Source of the DNA: a virus
Taxonomy: Duplodnaviria; Caudoviricetes
DNA: 64,000 bases
Direction: 5' to 3' (one strand)
IMG/VR virus record: IMGVR_UViG_3300009774_000008
Span: 553 to 64,552 of that record
Part shown: positions 30,126 to 40,219 of the stretch, one piece after another
Layout: each line of letters opens with the position of its first letter
Position numbering within the stretch: position 1 is the stretch's first letter
Translations under genes and position numbers: made by a program
The notes under the pieces: generated by a model
Seen by the model: only the letters and a program-made list of their open reading frames with translations
What the model was told of the DNA's origin: nothing
The model's database searches: none

Positions 30126-32309
30126 TTAATCTGCTACGAGAGAAGTTGCAAGTGCATTCTCTACCATAGTTTCTAATACTGCCATTATTTTACCTACATC
30201 TGCAGTTTCCCTTACATCACCAAAAGTTATATTAGCTTGAGGAGTAATTGATTTAAGATTAAGCAAGAATTCTCTAGCTGCCATATCTTTCAGTAGTTTT
30301 AAGTCCTCGTCAGCAATATTTACATCACTCTTGATTTTTCCAATGGAGTCTAAATTACCGCCATTTATTGTAGTTGACGCTGGGTCCCAGTTTTTGAGTA
30401 TATTCGCAAATCCTTCTAACTTATTAGCATCCATCGAAAAATCTCTGTTACCTATTTTGTCAGCTAATCCTTTTCCACCATCATAGCCTGATTTGTATGC
30501 ATCCATAGGGTTAACTATTAGATTTTGCTCAGCTAAGAATTTACTACTAGCAGTTGGGTCTACCAACGCCCAATCATAACTAGCCCAAGGTGCATCTTTC
30601 CAAGTGTCAGATTGAAAAATCGGCATCTTACGAGGATCTAATGCTGAGTACATATTAGCGGCAGTTTGATTTACAGTAGACATCCAACCCGCCACGGAGC
30701 CCGCTAGATTAGAACCAAAAACTAAATCAATTGCTTTTGCTATTCCCCATATAACACCCAAAACAGCATCAGATAATCCTTGAAATAACCCAACTATGAT
30801 AATTAAACAGCTCTCAATAGCTCCAACCAATACCCCAAGCACACCACCAATGGACATAACTACACCTACGATAGTATTCCACACTAGAGCAAGTAGAGCT
30901 TGAATAACATCCCAAATCGATGCGCACACTATATAAATTCCAGACAGTAAAAATAAAATACCATCCCATATAACAGCTACTAACCAAGCAACGCCGCCTG
31001 CAATATAACCTACAATTTCTCCTGAGGTTACTCCCATGTTTATAAGACCAGCCACAACTATTCCAATAACTAGAGCGAGTAATATAAAAGGCCAAGCAAC
31101 TGAAATCCAACCAGCAAACGCGGTTACAGCCACTGCGACAAGAACTCCACCTAGACCCCATATTATACCGTACAGAACAGACGTGTTATCGCTAAGCCAT
31201 CTGATACCACTAGCTATTAAGTCTATACCCCATAATGCTATGTCCACCACTACTGATATTGCATAAGCCAACTGCGTTAACATCTTTGAACCTGCAGGTG
31301 ATGATAAGAAATCCGATAATTCCCATGCCTTCTTATTTATTTTAGCGAGAGCTCCATCACCCATCGATAACATGAATAAAAAGTACTTCCAAACTGTTCC
31401 CATCTGAGTCATAGCTTGACCAAAAGTTTTCGGCATCTTTTCAAAATTTTCATCTATTTTACCACTCATGAGATTAAATGCTTTTATAATTCTATCGGAG
31501 GTTAACTCTCCGTCAGCACCCAATTGTTTTAATTGACCCACAGTGACTCCTGCAAACTTACCTGGGTCTACTTTCGCTAAACCTTCAGCCATAACTTTCA
31601 TTAGATAAGGAGTTTGTTCTCTAATTGACCGTAATTCATCTCCTTGTAATTTGCCCGAAGCTAGTGCTTGAGATAACTGAATCAAGGAGCGTTTGTTCTC
31701 TTCTGAAGTACCACCACCGGCCACTAAGGCTTTGTTTATGATTCCTGTAGTGTTTATCGCACCAATAGCTGCACCTGGTCCTGTCATAGCACCGGAAACT
31801 AGAATACGAGAAGCTAAGTCACCTGTTTCTTGCAATCCAGTTCTAGTATTAAGAGCAGTTTGGTATATCCCGCTATATAATTGCTCGCTAGAATACTCTG
31901 ACTCGTTAAATAAACCCAATCTAGCCTGCGTTGAGCGAGCCATATCAGGTGCATCCATAATGCCTGACACTGTTGAAGATATATTCTTTAACAAGTATAA
32001 AGCAGCTGATAAGTTTACGAGATTAAATGCACCTTTGTTCCAGCTTGACATGGCTTTGGACGACGCTGTTCCGAACTTATTTGCACTCGTTGTAGCATTA
32101 GCTAAATTGTTTTTCATTTGAATAAGAGCATTGTTAGCTTTCTTAATATCCTTCTCAGCTTGAATATACGCTTTACTCATCTTACCATTATTAGCTTGAC
32201 TATCCAAATTCCTCATCACTTTCAAAGTGCTATTCATCGAAGTAATAATGGACTTAAAAACAGGGGACATACGGTCTTGCAAATTAATAGAATTTCTAAT
32301 TGATGCCAT
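30126..32309 (-). CDS. tape measure protein
   Basis: QLSQALASGKLQGDELRSIRE tape-measure domain; hydrophobic repeats. Confidence 0.92.
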   Translation of the reverse strand: MASIRNSINLQDRMSPVFKSIITSMNSTLKVMRNLDSQANNGKMSKAYIQAEKDIKKANNALIQMKNNLANATTSANKFGTASSKAMSSWNKGAFNLVNLSAALYLLKNISSTVSGIMDAPDMARSTQARLGLFNESEYSSEQLYSGIYQTALNTRTGLQETGDLASRILVSGAMTGPGAAIGAINTTGIINKALVAGGGTSEENKRSLIQLSQALASGKLQGDELRSIREQTPYLMKVMAEGLAKVDPGKFAGVTVGQLKQLGADGELTSDRIIKAFNLMSGKIDENFEKMPKTFGQAMTQMGTVWKYFLFMLSMGDGALAKINKKAWELSDFLSSPAGSKMLTQLAYAISVVVDIALWGIDLIASGIRWLSDNTSVLYGIIWGLGGVLVAVAVTAFAGWISVAWPFILLALVIGIVVAGLINMGVTSGEIVGYIAGGVAWLVAVIWDGILFLLSGIYIVCASIWDVIQALLALVWNTIVGVVMSIGGVLGVLVGAIESCLIIIVGLFQGLSDAVLGVIWGIAKAIDLVFGSNLAGSVAGWMSTVNQTAANMYSALDPRKMPIFQSDTWKDAPWASYDWALVDPTASSKFLAEQNLIVNPMDAYKSGYDGGKGLADKIGNRDFSMDANKLEGFANILKNWDPASTTINGGNLDSIGKIKSDVNIADEDLKLLKDMAAREFLLNLKSITPQANITFGDVRETADVGKIMAVLETMVENALATSLVAD

Positions 32310-32503
32310 TACCGTCTACCCCCTCTATTTGTTTTGGATGCTAATTTTTTGTTTTCTTTAGATTCTTGCTGCAGACGTTCCTCAATAAACGCATACATAA
32401 CAGCCCTTTCTGACGGAGGTAAAAAAGCGAATTCACTTGGTTTCCAATGCAGCTTCATCACCGCATAATAACAAAACCAAGTGTCTCCATCTCCCTCCGC
32501 CAT
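32309..32503 (-). CDS. tail assembly chaperone, -1 frameshift extension
   Basis: LHWKPSEF..L...ERA; in the -1 frame relative to the upstream chaperone. Confidence 0.75.
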   Translation of the reverse strand: MAEGDGDTWFCYYAVMKLHWKPSEFAFLPPSERAVMYAFIEERLQQESKENKKLASKTNRGGRR

Positions 32504-32901
32504 TAGTTTTTTATTTCTTCTACATCATCCTCGGTTTCTCTATTGAATCCTGAAAGAGTAAGAACCTTTTCAGCTAATTCAGATATTTCACCAGCTACTA
32601 ATGTTTTGTATACTAGAGATATTGAATCAGATACTTTGTTCTCTTTAATCCAATCAGCATCTTTAAAGTTTGGCTCTATAACATGATTAACAACAATTAG
32701 CTCATTGAACTTCTTGGTGTTAAATCTACGCTTTTTAGGACTATTGGGATTCTCAATACAAAGTGACTGATATGAATTGTACTGGTCACCTGTTAATGCT
32801 TTTATCTTAAACTGGAATCCTTTTAACCTACCACCTAGACTTAATTCCTCTGTCAAATCCTCCACTGAGTTTTTGGTCAAAAACTGTTGAAGTGCATTCA
32901 T
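32503..32901 (-). CDS. tail assembly chaperone (XkdN-like)
   Basis: Position after the tube gene; EPNFKD, GEI..L...LSGF; ends in slippery A AAA AAC. Confidence 0.85.
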   Translation of the reverse strand: MNALQQFLTKNSVEDLTEELSLGGRLKGFQFKIKALTGDQYNSYQSLCIENPNSPKKRRFNTKKFNELIVVNHVIEPNFKDADWIKENKVSDSISLVYKTLVAGEISELAEKVLTLSGFNRETEDDVEEIKN

Positions 32902-32934
32902 TTACTTGTTCCTCCTATTATAATATTTAGGGCC

Positions 32935-33417
32935 TTATATCCCCAATGATGGTGCAACGAACTCTTCTAATATTTCAGCATCATCGAACGTGAAGTCCAT
33001 GCTCTCGTCCATTATTTCTGACTCTACATCAAACTTAGCGAGAATAACAGAATCAAGAGAGCAGTTCTTCAGCATGGTGCTTTGAGTACCAATTGAACTT
33101 GCAGGGTCTGTGTTCATTACCAGCACATCGAAGTATACCGGAATACCAGTCTTGATGTACTGAGCAGCCATTTTGCGGAAGATTGAAGTGGTATAGAATA
33201 TTGACAAAGATCCAGTACCTGTCCATCCGTTTGGCTTATGCTGTTCGCCTCTTCTTCCTAGAGTCTTAACTGCGGTTTTATTGATTTGGCACTTAGCTTC
33301 CAAATTCTTACCGTAGAACATATCCTCTACTGTGGAGTTTCCAGCACTGTCTTTGATTGTAATCTTGGCCGTAGCTTCCTGACCTGAAATTGTATCTCCA
33401 GCTTTAAGATAACCCAT
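32935..33417 (-). CDS. tail tube protein (XkdM-like)
   Basis: DTISGQE, GWTGTGSL, DPASSIGTQ, MDFTFDD. Confidence 0.9.
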   Translation of the reverse strand: MGYLKAGDTISGQEATAKITIKDSAGNSTVEDMFYGKNLEAKCQINKTAVKTLGRRGEQHKPNGWTGTGSLSIFYTTSIFRKMAAQYIKTGIPVYFDVLVMNTDPASSIGTQSTMLKNCSLDSVILAKFDVESEIMDESMDFTFDDAEILEEFVAPSLGI

Positions 33418-33434
33418 CTATTTTTCCTCCTCTC

Positions 33435-34799
33435 TTATGCGTCCACATTTACAGTCATGTATAATTTTTCCATGCTGTCAACAGGCTGAATAACTAAATC
33501 AACAACTACACCTTCTACCGTCGCTCCTGGTAATACTATAATATCAGCAGCTCCGTCAAAGTTCTGAACAGCGCCGATAGTTACTAAAGAATCAATAAAA
33601 GTTATTAGCTCTGACTTATAAACACTTCTACCAATATTGTTATTATCGACCTTGCCTGCATAATTTCTGTTGAAAACTAATGCAGTTGTGTTACCAATTT
33701 CATCCAAGCAACGAATTACTCTATTCTTACAAAAAGCGTAATTCTTGTCAACTGTGAACGTGTGCAAGCAATTGATATCCTGTTCCACGACCACAGCACC
33801 ATCTTGACGATAGCTTAATAGGAACCAACCCAATTTAAGTTGGTCTGAGATTAAGTTTTCTGCTATATAACCAATTATCTCAGTTGCACTCGGAACTTCA
33901 TATGCTGTGCGACTTTGATTGATATTTGAACCAGCTGTCATACTAGCTACCCAAAGTGGGAATAGTTCTAAGGTAACTATATCATTCAAGGTTTTAAATC
34001 CCTGCTTAACTGAAATAATACCTTCAAAGTCGGCTGATACATCGTTGTATACAACGGCCTGTACTTTCTTACCCAAATCATTTCTAAGAGATTTAATTTT
34101 GGCAATTACTAATGGAGGAATCAAAGCATCTACTGTCTGTATCGCCATACACTGCCATTGAGCTGTGGTTACAAGATTGAAATAGTCTGTGTAGGTAGCA
34201 CTAACAACCAAGCCATTAGTTCCAGCTAGTAGTGGTGCTCCTGACGTTGCAGTAATTACTGCAGCTTCTTGTCCAACCGCTACTGTAAAATTTATCCACT
34301 CTGACTCGATACTTTTAAAATCACCCATTATAATAACATTGAATGTTTCTTTAAGTATAGAATTAAAGTATACATTTACTTCATACTGACCAACTTGTGG
34401 TCTTCCTGCAATTATAGCCACTTCCAGCTTATTACCAGTAGTACCTGCATGCTTGGCAATAGCTGTAAGATTAGCGTTAATAACTGCACTAGCTTTAACA
34501 CCTCCAGTATCAGCTCTGAATAACAGTGCTTTGTAACAACCTGACAATGCCAATCGATAAGAAAGACTTTCTACATTATCAGCTGCAGTACAACCTATCT
34601 TAGCTAGACTCGACCCATCCAACAAATCAGTTCCATAAAGCTCTATTAGAACTCCATTAGGACCCCATGTCATTGGAAGTGCTGCGGTCATTATTCCTCT
34701 AGTACCAATTGCACCGATTGCTTTAGGAACAGATTTAAAATTAATATATGCTCCCGGTCTTTGTTTATTTTGAACGGTCCAAGTACCTCCTGCTGGCAT
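33435..34799 (-). CDS. contractile tail sheath protein (XkdK-like)
   Basis: GGTW..QNKQRPGAYINF, EQDIN, KNRVIR, PVDSMEKLY. Confidence 0.93.
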   Translation of the reverse strand: MPAGGTWTVQNKQRPGAYINFKSVPKAIGAIGTRGIMTAALPMTWGPNGVLIELYGTDLLDGSSLAKIGCTAADNVESLSYRLALSGCYKALLFRADTGGVKASAVINANLTAIAKHAGTTGNKLEVAIIAGRPQVGQYEVNVYFNSILKETFNVIIMGDFKSIESEWINFTVAVGQEAAVITATSGAPLLAGTNGLVVSATYTDYFNLVTTAQWQCMAIQTVDALIPPLVIAKIKSLRNDLGKKVQAVVYNDVSADFEGIISVKQGFKTLNDIVTLELFPLWVASMTAGSNINQSRTAYEVPSATEIIGYIAENLISDQLKLGWFLLSYRQDGAVVVEQDINCLHTFTVDKNYAFCKNRVIRCLDEIGNTTALVFNRNYAGKVDNNNIGRSVYKSELITFIDSLVTIGAVQNFDGAADIIVLPGATVEGVVVDLVIQPVDSMEKLYMTVNVDA

Positions 34800-34800
34800 A

Positions 34801-35244
34801 TTACTTCACCCCTTCTCTATGAATTAGTGTTCCCATATCAGGATTGCTAGTAATAACTTCCTTCACTTTAAATGCATACCCTACTATAATATGTAGGACT
34901 CCATCTTGTGTTTTCCACTCAAGTGAACGAGACTTAACTTTCTGATTGGAAACGGTTATTATATTTAGTGTATCAATCATTTTTTCAGCTACTTTTCTAG
35001 CCCATACCTCTATATCTGTAGCTTCATCTTTAGGATGTACTCGTATATCTAATAAGTAATCCCTTTGTGCCCTTCCTCTTAACTCGTTGGTGTGAACAGC
35101 ATTAAGCTGTTGAATGAAGGCATATGGCTTAGCCACATTTTGAAGTGGTTTATTCTTATATACCCTTAAAATTTCAATGGATGTAAAATAAGATACAATA
35201 TTAACTGCTACTGCACTCACTATTTCCTCACCAGTTAACGCCAA
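34801..35244 (-). CDS. tail terminator / neck protein
   Basis: Synteny upstream of the sheath; PYAFI, DGVLH. Confidence 0.65.
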   Translation of the reverse strand: MALTGEEIVSAVAVNIVSYFTSIEILRVYKNKPLQNVAKPYAFIQQLNAVHTNELRGRAQRDYLLDIRVHPKDEATDIEVWARKVAEKMIDTLNIITVSNQKVKSRSLEWKTQDGVLHIIVGYAFKVKEVITSNPDMGTLIHREGVK

Positions 35245-35658
35245 TTACAACACCCCCAACTTAGCTAAAAAAGCTGTAAACTCAACATCAAATCTTTGTG
35301 GAATATTTCTATCTACTTCGTCTAGTGCTACTGTCATCATAAAGTATCCATTAACCCAATCTCCACTACCTTCAGTTGCTCCTGACTTATATGGTTTGGC
35401 GTGACCGTATTCTACAAAAGTAGCATAAACCATAGGATTCACAAACCATACTTTTAAGTTTTCACCTTGTTTAGTTATTCCATCTAATTTCCAATGATTA
35501 CGCAAATCACCTGTATCTACAGGAGTTCTAGGTTTTACACTTGCAAGGAACCGCATCCCTTGATTTAATAAAAATGTGTTCATCCAAGCATCAAACTGAC
35601 TCGCCATATTCGTAAAGTTATTCACATACCTCTGAAAATCACTGCTATCAAATCCCAT
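35245..35658 (-). CDS. HK97 gp10-like neck protein
   Basis: TPVDTGDLR..W, YATFVEYGH, WVNGYFM. Confidence 0.85.
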   Translation of the reverse strand: MGFDSSDFQRYVNNFTNMASQFDAWMNTFLLNQGMRFLASVKPRTPVDTGDLRNHWKLDGITKQGENLKVWFVNPMVYATFVEYGHAKPYKSGATEGSGDWVNGYFMMTVALDEVDRNIPQRFDVEFTAFLAKLGVL

Positions 35659-36047
35659 TATGCACTTTCCTTTATATAAAATAAGGCTTCTTTGTGAGTG
35701 ACATAAATACTAGGTAAACCAATCTGTCCTAAATACGTCGATAATATGACGGCGTCCTCGCGCAATTTATTGACAGATATATAATCTCCTGGTTTAATGT
35801 CAACTGAAACACTACAAAATATTTTAGGTGATAATACAATGGGTACTTGGTCATCCGCAGAATCGTTCGGTCTTTCCATTCCTGTAAAGGATAACCTACA
35901 TGGAATATTGGTGTATAACCATTGAGTAGGAAGAATAGAATCTGTAGTACCATCAGCATTTGTTTGTTCAATATATCTTTTAATACTCATCACATCGGTA
36001 AAAGTGGAGGCTATGATTTTTCCAAAAGATGCTAATCTCATCACCAT
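35658..36047 (-). CDS. head closure protein
   Basis: IPCRLS, DIKPGD; synteny. Confidence 0.65.
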   Translation of the reverse strand: MVMRLASFGKIIASTFTDVMSIKRYIEQTNADGTTDSILPTQWLYTNIPCRLSFTGMERPNDSADDQVPIVLSPKIFCSVSVDIKPGDYISVNKLREDAVILSTYLGQIGLPSIYVTHKEALFYIKESA

Positions 36048-36421
36048 AACCTCCTAAACATATTCAGTTGCTGATTGTAATTCATCAATAATCCATCTAA
36101 ATTAGCTTTATGACCCTTTAGAATTGACGAACTACCTCCGAGCTGGACTGAAGTGTCACCAATTTTTATGTTGGTTACTTCTCTGATGTCAATAGTATCA
36201 ATTGAAGCTAGTACATTTTTGTTTATTTCCAAGTTATAGTTTAGAAGGTCAATTGACAGATTACACCAAGTAAATTTAAGAGCATCCGGAATTATTGAGA
36301 TGTCACAATAGTTGAGGATTGCTTGTTCCACTTCTTGGAGTGCTAAAGTCATCTGTGGTTCTGTAAAAGAGTTGCCTGTAACTTTAGCACTAATTATCAC
36401 CATTAAATCTGAATATACCAT
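36041..36421 (-). CDS. head-tail connector protein
   Basis: ILNYC...IPDAL, IKIGDTSV, LNMFRRL. Confidence 0.75.
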   Translation of the reverse strand: MVYSDLMVIISAKVTGNSFTEPQMTLALQEVEQAILNYCDISIIPDALKFTWCNLSIDLLNYNLEINKNVLASIDTIDIREVTNIKIGDTSVQLGGSSSILKGHKANLDGLLMNYNQQLNMFRRLW

Positions 36422-36438
36422 TGACGTCCTCCACTAAA

Positions 36439-36687
36439 CTATTTTGTATTCTGAGCCCTAGATGTTTTCTTCTCTATTTCTTTTTCAGGCTCTTTTTCAG
36501 GGTCAATACCTGGTTCAAGATCTGGTTCTTTGTCAGGAACTTTAGGTATCTCTACTGAAGTTTCTATAATAGAGGCCCCATCTTTTTCTAATGATTCTAA
36601 ATCTGCATCTGTTACATCAATTGATGTATTAGCTGCATATAATACTCCATTATATTTTACCTCTGTCTTAAACTGAACCTTTGCCAT
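36439..36687 (-). CDS. small head-associated protein
   Basis: VKYNGVLY; follows the major capsid gene. Confidence 0.55.
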   Translation of the reverse strand: MAKVQFKTEVKYNGVLYAANTSIDVTDADLESLEKDGASIIETSVEIPKVPDKEPDLEPGIDPEKEPEKEIEKKTSRAQNTK

Positions 36688-36705
36688 TAAATTATCCTCT
36701 CTCTC

Positions 36706-37779
36706 TTAGTACTTGATATTGAATACATTCCCCATGTTTTCGAATGAAGGAAGAACAATTTCAGATACCCAATTGATGATGTTTACAGGAAGAGCAATCT
36801 TCTCTGTGGAAACAGCAACGCCTAAGTTAACAATAGACACATTCGCCAAAGTGTTTCCTGACATAAGGTCTGCTTCTTCTGGAGTTGTACCATACCAAGT
36901 TTTTCCAAGTGCCCCCTCTGGAAGGAATGTCATCTGTCCAGCTGCGGGATAGAAATATTGGTCAGTCTTGTTGACATCTTTGTACATTTTGTCATATATC
37001 TGGAAACGAATCTTTGTCTTATTTTCAATATAAGTTTTCATCATTTCATCAGTTAAGATGACATTCTGACCTGCTGTTGGATTGAGGTCCAATCTGATCT
37101 TTTCATTCAACATAATATCTAACCAAGTGTCGTATCCTAATATAGCTCTTGTGAGCGTAATTCCCTTTTGAGAAGCTTTACGTTTCATTGCTATAATGTC
37201 GAGGACTGGATTACTAACAACATGGTCAGACCATTTAGCGGTGGTTAGCAACGTAGTTACATTAGAACCCGCCCAAGTACCTGATGGGTCGTAGTTGTAG
37301 CTATAATTTACAACAACACCTGAGTCAGCTGGGGAAGCAATTGAAAATGCGCCGTTAGCTAACAATTTCATACGCATAATTTCTGGAGTTATCATTGCTC
37401 CGTCGATTAAGCCTTTTGTATCATCAAAGATTCTAGTGATTGCTTGCTGAGCATAAGCACTATTATTCGCTTCCGCAAACATTAGTAATTGCTGCCTATC
37501 TTCCTCACCGAGCCTCATCGCTTCTCTGAAAAATGGCATTTTAGTGCTTTCGGTACTAACTCCACCTCTATCTCTGAGTGTAGGTTTAGTATCGAATGCT
37601 GATGGCATTAATGCGATTGGCAGTGAATCATATCCTTTAATCCATTCTAACTTGAGGCCCATTTTCTTATCTGCTGGAAATAAAGCTTCGCCTAGGAATG
37701 GGATACGGTTTGATTCTATTGTCTCGTAGTACGAGGCAACTGATTTTGATGTTACTAAGTCAAAAATACTTTTAGGCAT
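36706..37779 (-). CDS. major capsid protein (gpE-like)
   Basis: LFP..K, MPFFRE, LGKTWYGTTPEE, VSEIVLPSF. Confidence 0.9.
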   Translation of the reverse strand: MPKSIFDLVTSKSVASYYETIESNRIPFLGEALFPADKKMGLKLEWIKGYDSLPIALMPSAFDTKPTLRDRGGVSTESTKMPFFREAMRLGEEDRQQLLMFAEANNSAYAQQAITRIFDDTKGLIDGAMITPEIMRMKLLANGAFSIASPADSGVVVNYSYNYDPSGTWAGSNVTTLLTTAKWSDHVVSNPVLDIIAMKRKASQKGITLTRAILGYDTWLDIMLNEKIRLDLNPTAGQNVILTDEMMKTYIENKTKIRFQIYDKMYKDVNKTDQYFYPAAGQMTFLPEGALGKTWYGTTPEEADLMSGNTLANVSIVNLGVAVSTEKIALPVNIINWVSEIVLPSFENMGNVFNIKY

Positions 37780-37804
37780 TATTTTTTACCCTCCTCTTCT
37801 AATA

Positions 37805-38125
37805 TTATAAGAAATAAACTCCAACCATTGCAGTCTTTGCAAGCGCAACAGGTGCTACTGGGAGTGCAGTGGTTTTAATGAAACCGTGAATAACTACAGC
37901 TCCATTTTGGTCTCCGTCAGTTACATCCATATCACTAAGAACAACCCCAACTGCGGTGGCGTCGTTTAGAGGATAAATAGTACCGGCTTTGACAATCTTT
38001 CTACCGTCGACAACTACGGAAAGAGTACTGTCTTTTGCAAACAATCTACCTACTGCTACATAGTGGTCCGGAAATGCCAAAATTCCTTTAGCTGAACCGT
38101 ACGTGTTTACTTTGTGTTCAATCAT
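37805..38125 (-). CDS. head decoration protein
   Basis: GRKIVKAGT, DVTDGD, HGFI; lies between scaffold and capsid genes. Confidence 0.75.
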   Translation of the reverse strand: MIEHKVNTYGSAKGILAFPDHYVAVGRLFAKDSTLSVVVDGRKIVKAGTIYPLNDATAVGVVLSDMDVTDGDQNGAVVIHGFIKTTALPVAPVALAKTAMVGVYFL

Positions 38126-38141
38126 TTCGTATTATACCTCC

Positions 38142-38777
38142 CTATTTAAAATAAGTTTCCGCTGCTTTTGCAGCAATTGCGTCTGAACCTGTTTTTAATT
38201 TTGCTAGGTTTTGTCCGAATAGTAAACCCTCATCCTTACTCGCATCACCTTTTTCACCGCTTGCTGCCGGAGCAGTACCAAACAACCAACCTGATGGTTT
38301 AGTATCTTTATTATCTTCAGCTTTGAAGTAGTGTGGTTTAGCTTTCTGTAGAGTGTCTAATTGTTCGGTTAAGCCTGATTCAATCTTGCCGTCTTTAAAC
38401 ACAATTTTATTTGCATCTAATCTAGGCAGTACATCATCGACGTCAACAACCCTACTCTGAATCTCGAATTTAATAGCTGCGTCCATTTGAGCTTTAAGCA
38501 AATCCCCATCAAACTTATCTTTGGCTTCCTTATTATCTTTCTGTAAAGAGTCCACTTTAATTTGAAGTTGTTCGGCTGTTCCTTTGAATGCTCCGAGATC
38601 TTTAATTTGTTTGTCCCTGTCATCTACTTGACTTTTTAAAGTCTTGCCAGTTTCTCTCTCAGCATCAAAAGTTGCTTTTGGGATATACTCTCCATCGATT
38701 GATTTCTTATGGATGGCCAATACTGCTGTTGCTTGCGCCTCTGTTAAACCAGCTGCAATTAAATCTTCCTTCTTCAT
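38142..38777 (-). CDS. capsid scaffolding protein (gp20-like)
   Basis: MKKEDL..GLTE.Q, YIPK..F, RDKQ..DL, GLTEQL..L...KPHYF. Confidence 0.85.
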   Translation of the reverse strand: MKKEDLIAAGLTEAQATAVLAIHKKSIDGEYIPKATFDAERETGKTLKSQVDDRDKQIKDLGAFKGTAEQLQIKVDSLQKDNKEAKDKFDGDLLKAQMDAAIKFEIQSRVVDVDDVLPRLDANKIVFKDGKIESGLTEQLDTLQKAKPHYFKAEDNKDTKPSGWLFGTAPAASGEKGDASKDEGLLFGQNLAKLKTGSDAIAAKAAETYFK

Positions 38778-38906
38778 ATAGTTGGTTCCCCCTTAAAATT
38801 ATAACCCTCGACTTTTTTCGGTGGTCGTCTCCACCTGAGATTATATATTGCTTAGTTCTATTATAGTACAAATTACTCTATTTGTAAATGGGTTATCTTA
38901 AATATA

Positions 38907-39980
38907 TTACTTCGGTCGATATTTCTTTGTGAACCCCAATAGTCTATCCTTTTGGTCGTCTGGGGCGTATTGTTTAATCCATTCTTCCTGTGTCATCTTA
39001 CGAGGAACTTTAATGTTCTTTCCATTCTCATCTTTAGCAATACGTTCTGTTGCCGCATCATCCTCGAAATAAGGAATAGTGGTGGACCTACAATTTACAT
39101 GCATCGGAGGATAATTAACATTAACAGAAGCCTGCGAAACCTTTCCGATGAACCCATCCAGTCCTCTACATATTTCAGATGTTCTCATATCCAAGGTAGC
39201 TAAAAATTGATACTTCTCAACTCCGCAGGATTTGTAGGCATCCAAGGCGGACTGATTGCATAAGTTATTAATCTCAGTTCTAGCAAGAGCCCTACCTTTG
39301 GACTTGGACACATTCAACTGTTTGGCAATTATATCTCCGAGAGTGTTAGCATTAAGACCCATCGAGAAAGAACGAGGTAAAACTGTTTGTATAGTTTTAA
39401 CGAGGAGGTCTTTATCAGCCCATATCCTATCGCTATAATTTTTACCGTCCCACCTAGTTTTTACTGCTTTCTCTACTCCCCTAGCATCGATAGCATCAAA
39501 CTTAACAGCAACCTCGATACCCTGTGCTATATTAAAGTAATTAGTATAGTAGGAAGCCAAATAATTAGTTTCCATTAATGCTTGCGTAGAGCTGTGCTGC
39601 TCAGCCTTAACTCTTTCTATTTGATACCTAATACTAGACTCGAGAGATTCAAGTCTAGTAATGTAAACCTTCTTGCCCAATGCTTGTAAATACGCAGAAA
39701 ACTCCTTGGATAGACCCATTTGCTGTGCCATAGCGTACCATTCACGTAGTAACACCTGATATGATTTTAGCTCTTGGCTATTTAGCCTTCTTCTTGCCTC
39801 TTCATAAGGAATTTTATTCTCTTTGGCGTACTTTTGAAAAAATGATTCTATTTCCTTCCTTATTGAAATCAAAGCTAAGTCATACGCTTGAATGAGTCGG
39901 GTCTCATAATCCACCACAGATAGTTCTCCCGCTAATATCATATATTCGAATCTTTGGTCCCAATAATCTTTTGCTCTCAT
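38907..39980 (-). CDS. minor head protein (SPP1 gp7 / Mu F-like)
   Basis: YWDQR, YSDRIW, LARTE, ATLDMRTSEIC, PPMHVNCRST. Confidence 0.9.
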   Translation of the reverse strand: MRAKDYWDQRFEYMILAGELSVVDYETRLIQAYDLALISIRKEIESFFQKYAKENKIPYEEARRRLNSQELKSYQVLLREWYAMAQQMGLSKEFSAYLQALGKKVYITRLESLESSIRYQIERVKAEQHSSTQALMETNYLASYYTNYFNIAQGIEVAVKFDAIDARGVEKAVKTRWDGKNYSDRIWADKDLLVKTIQTVLPRSFSMGLNANTLGDIIAKQLNVSKSKGRALARTEINNLCNQSALDAYKSCGVEKYQFLATLDMRTSEICRGLDGFIGKVSQASVNVNYPPMHVNCRSTTIPYFEDDAATERIAKDENGKNIKVPRKMTQEEWIKQYAPDDQKDRLLGFTKKYRPK

Positions 39981-40219
39981 TTAAGTTCACCTCCATGCTT
40001 CAATCCTTGTTCGTACCCCGTAACAAAAGAACTGACTTCCTCACAACCACATTCTATGCAAGTATACTTACAACCCAGCTTGTGTGGTATTTTAGTGAAA
40101 ATGTGCATCGGACAGTTCTCTTGCTTCGAACGATTTAATCTAACCTCTGCTAATATAGCTTTGAATTTATCTTCTCCGCCAGCTAAGTCTATCATTGCCT
40201 GCCTCACACTCTTCTCCAT
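39977..40219 (-). CDS. hypothetical protein with Cys/His motif
   Basis: 80 aa, translationally coupled between the portal and minor head genes. Confidence 0.55.
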   Translation of the reverse strand: MEKSVRQAMIDLAGGEDKFKAILAEVRLNRSKQENCPMHIFTKIPHKLGCKYTCIECGCEEVSSFVTGYEQGLKHGGELK

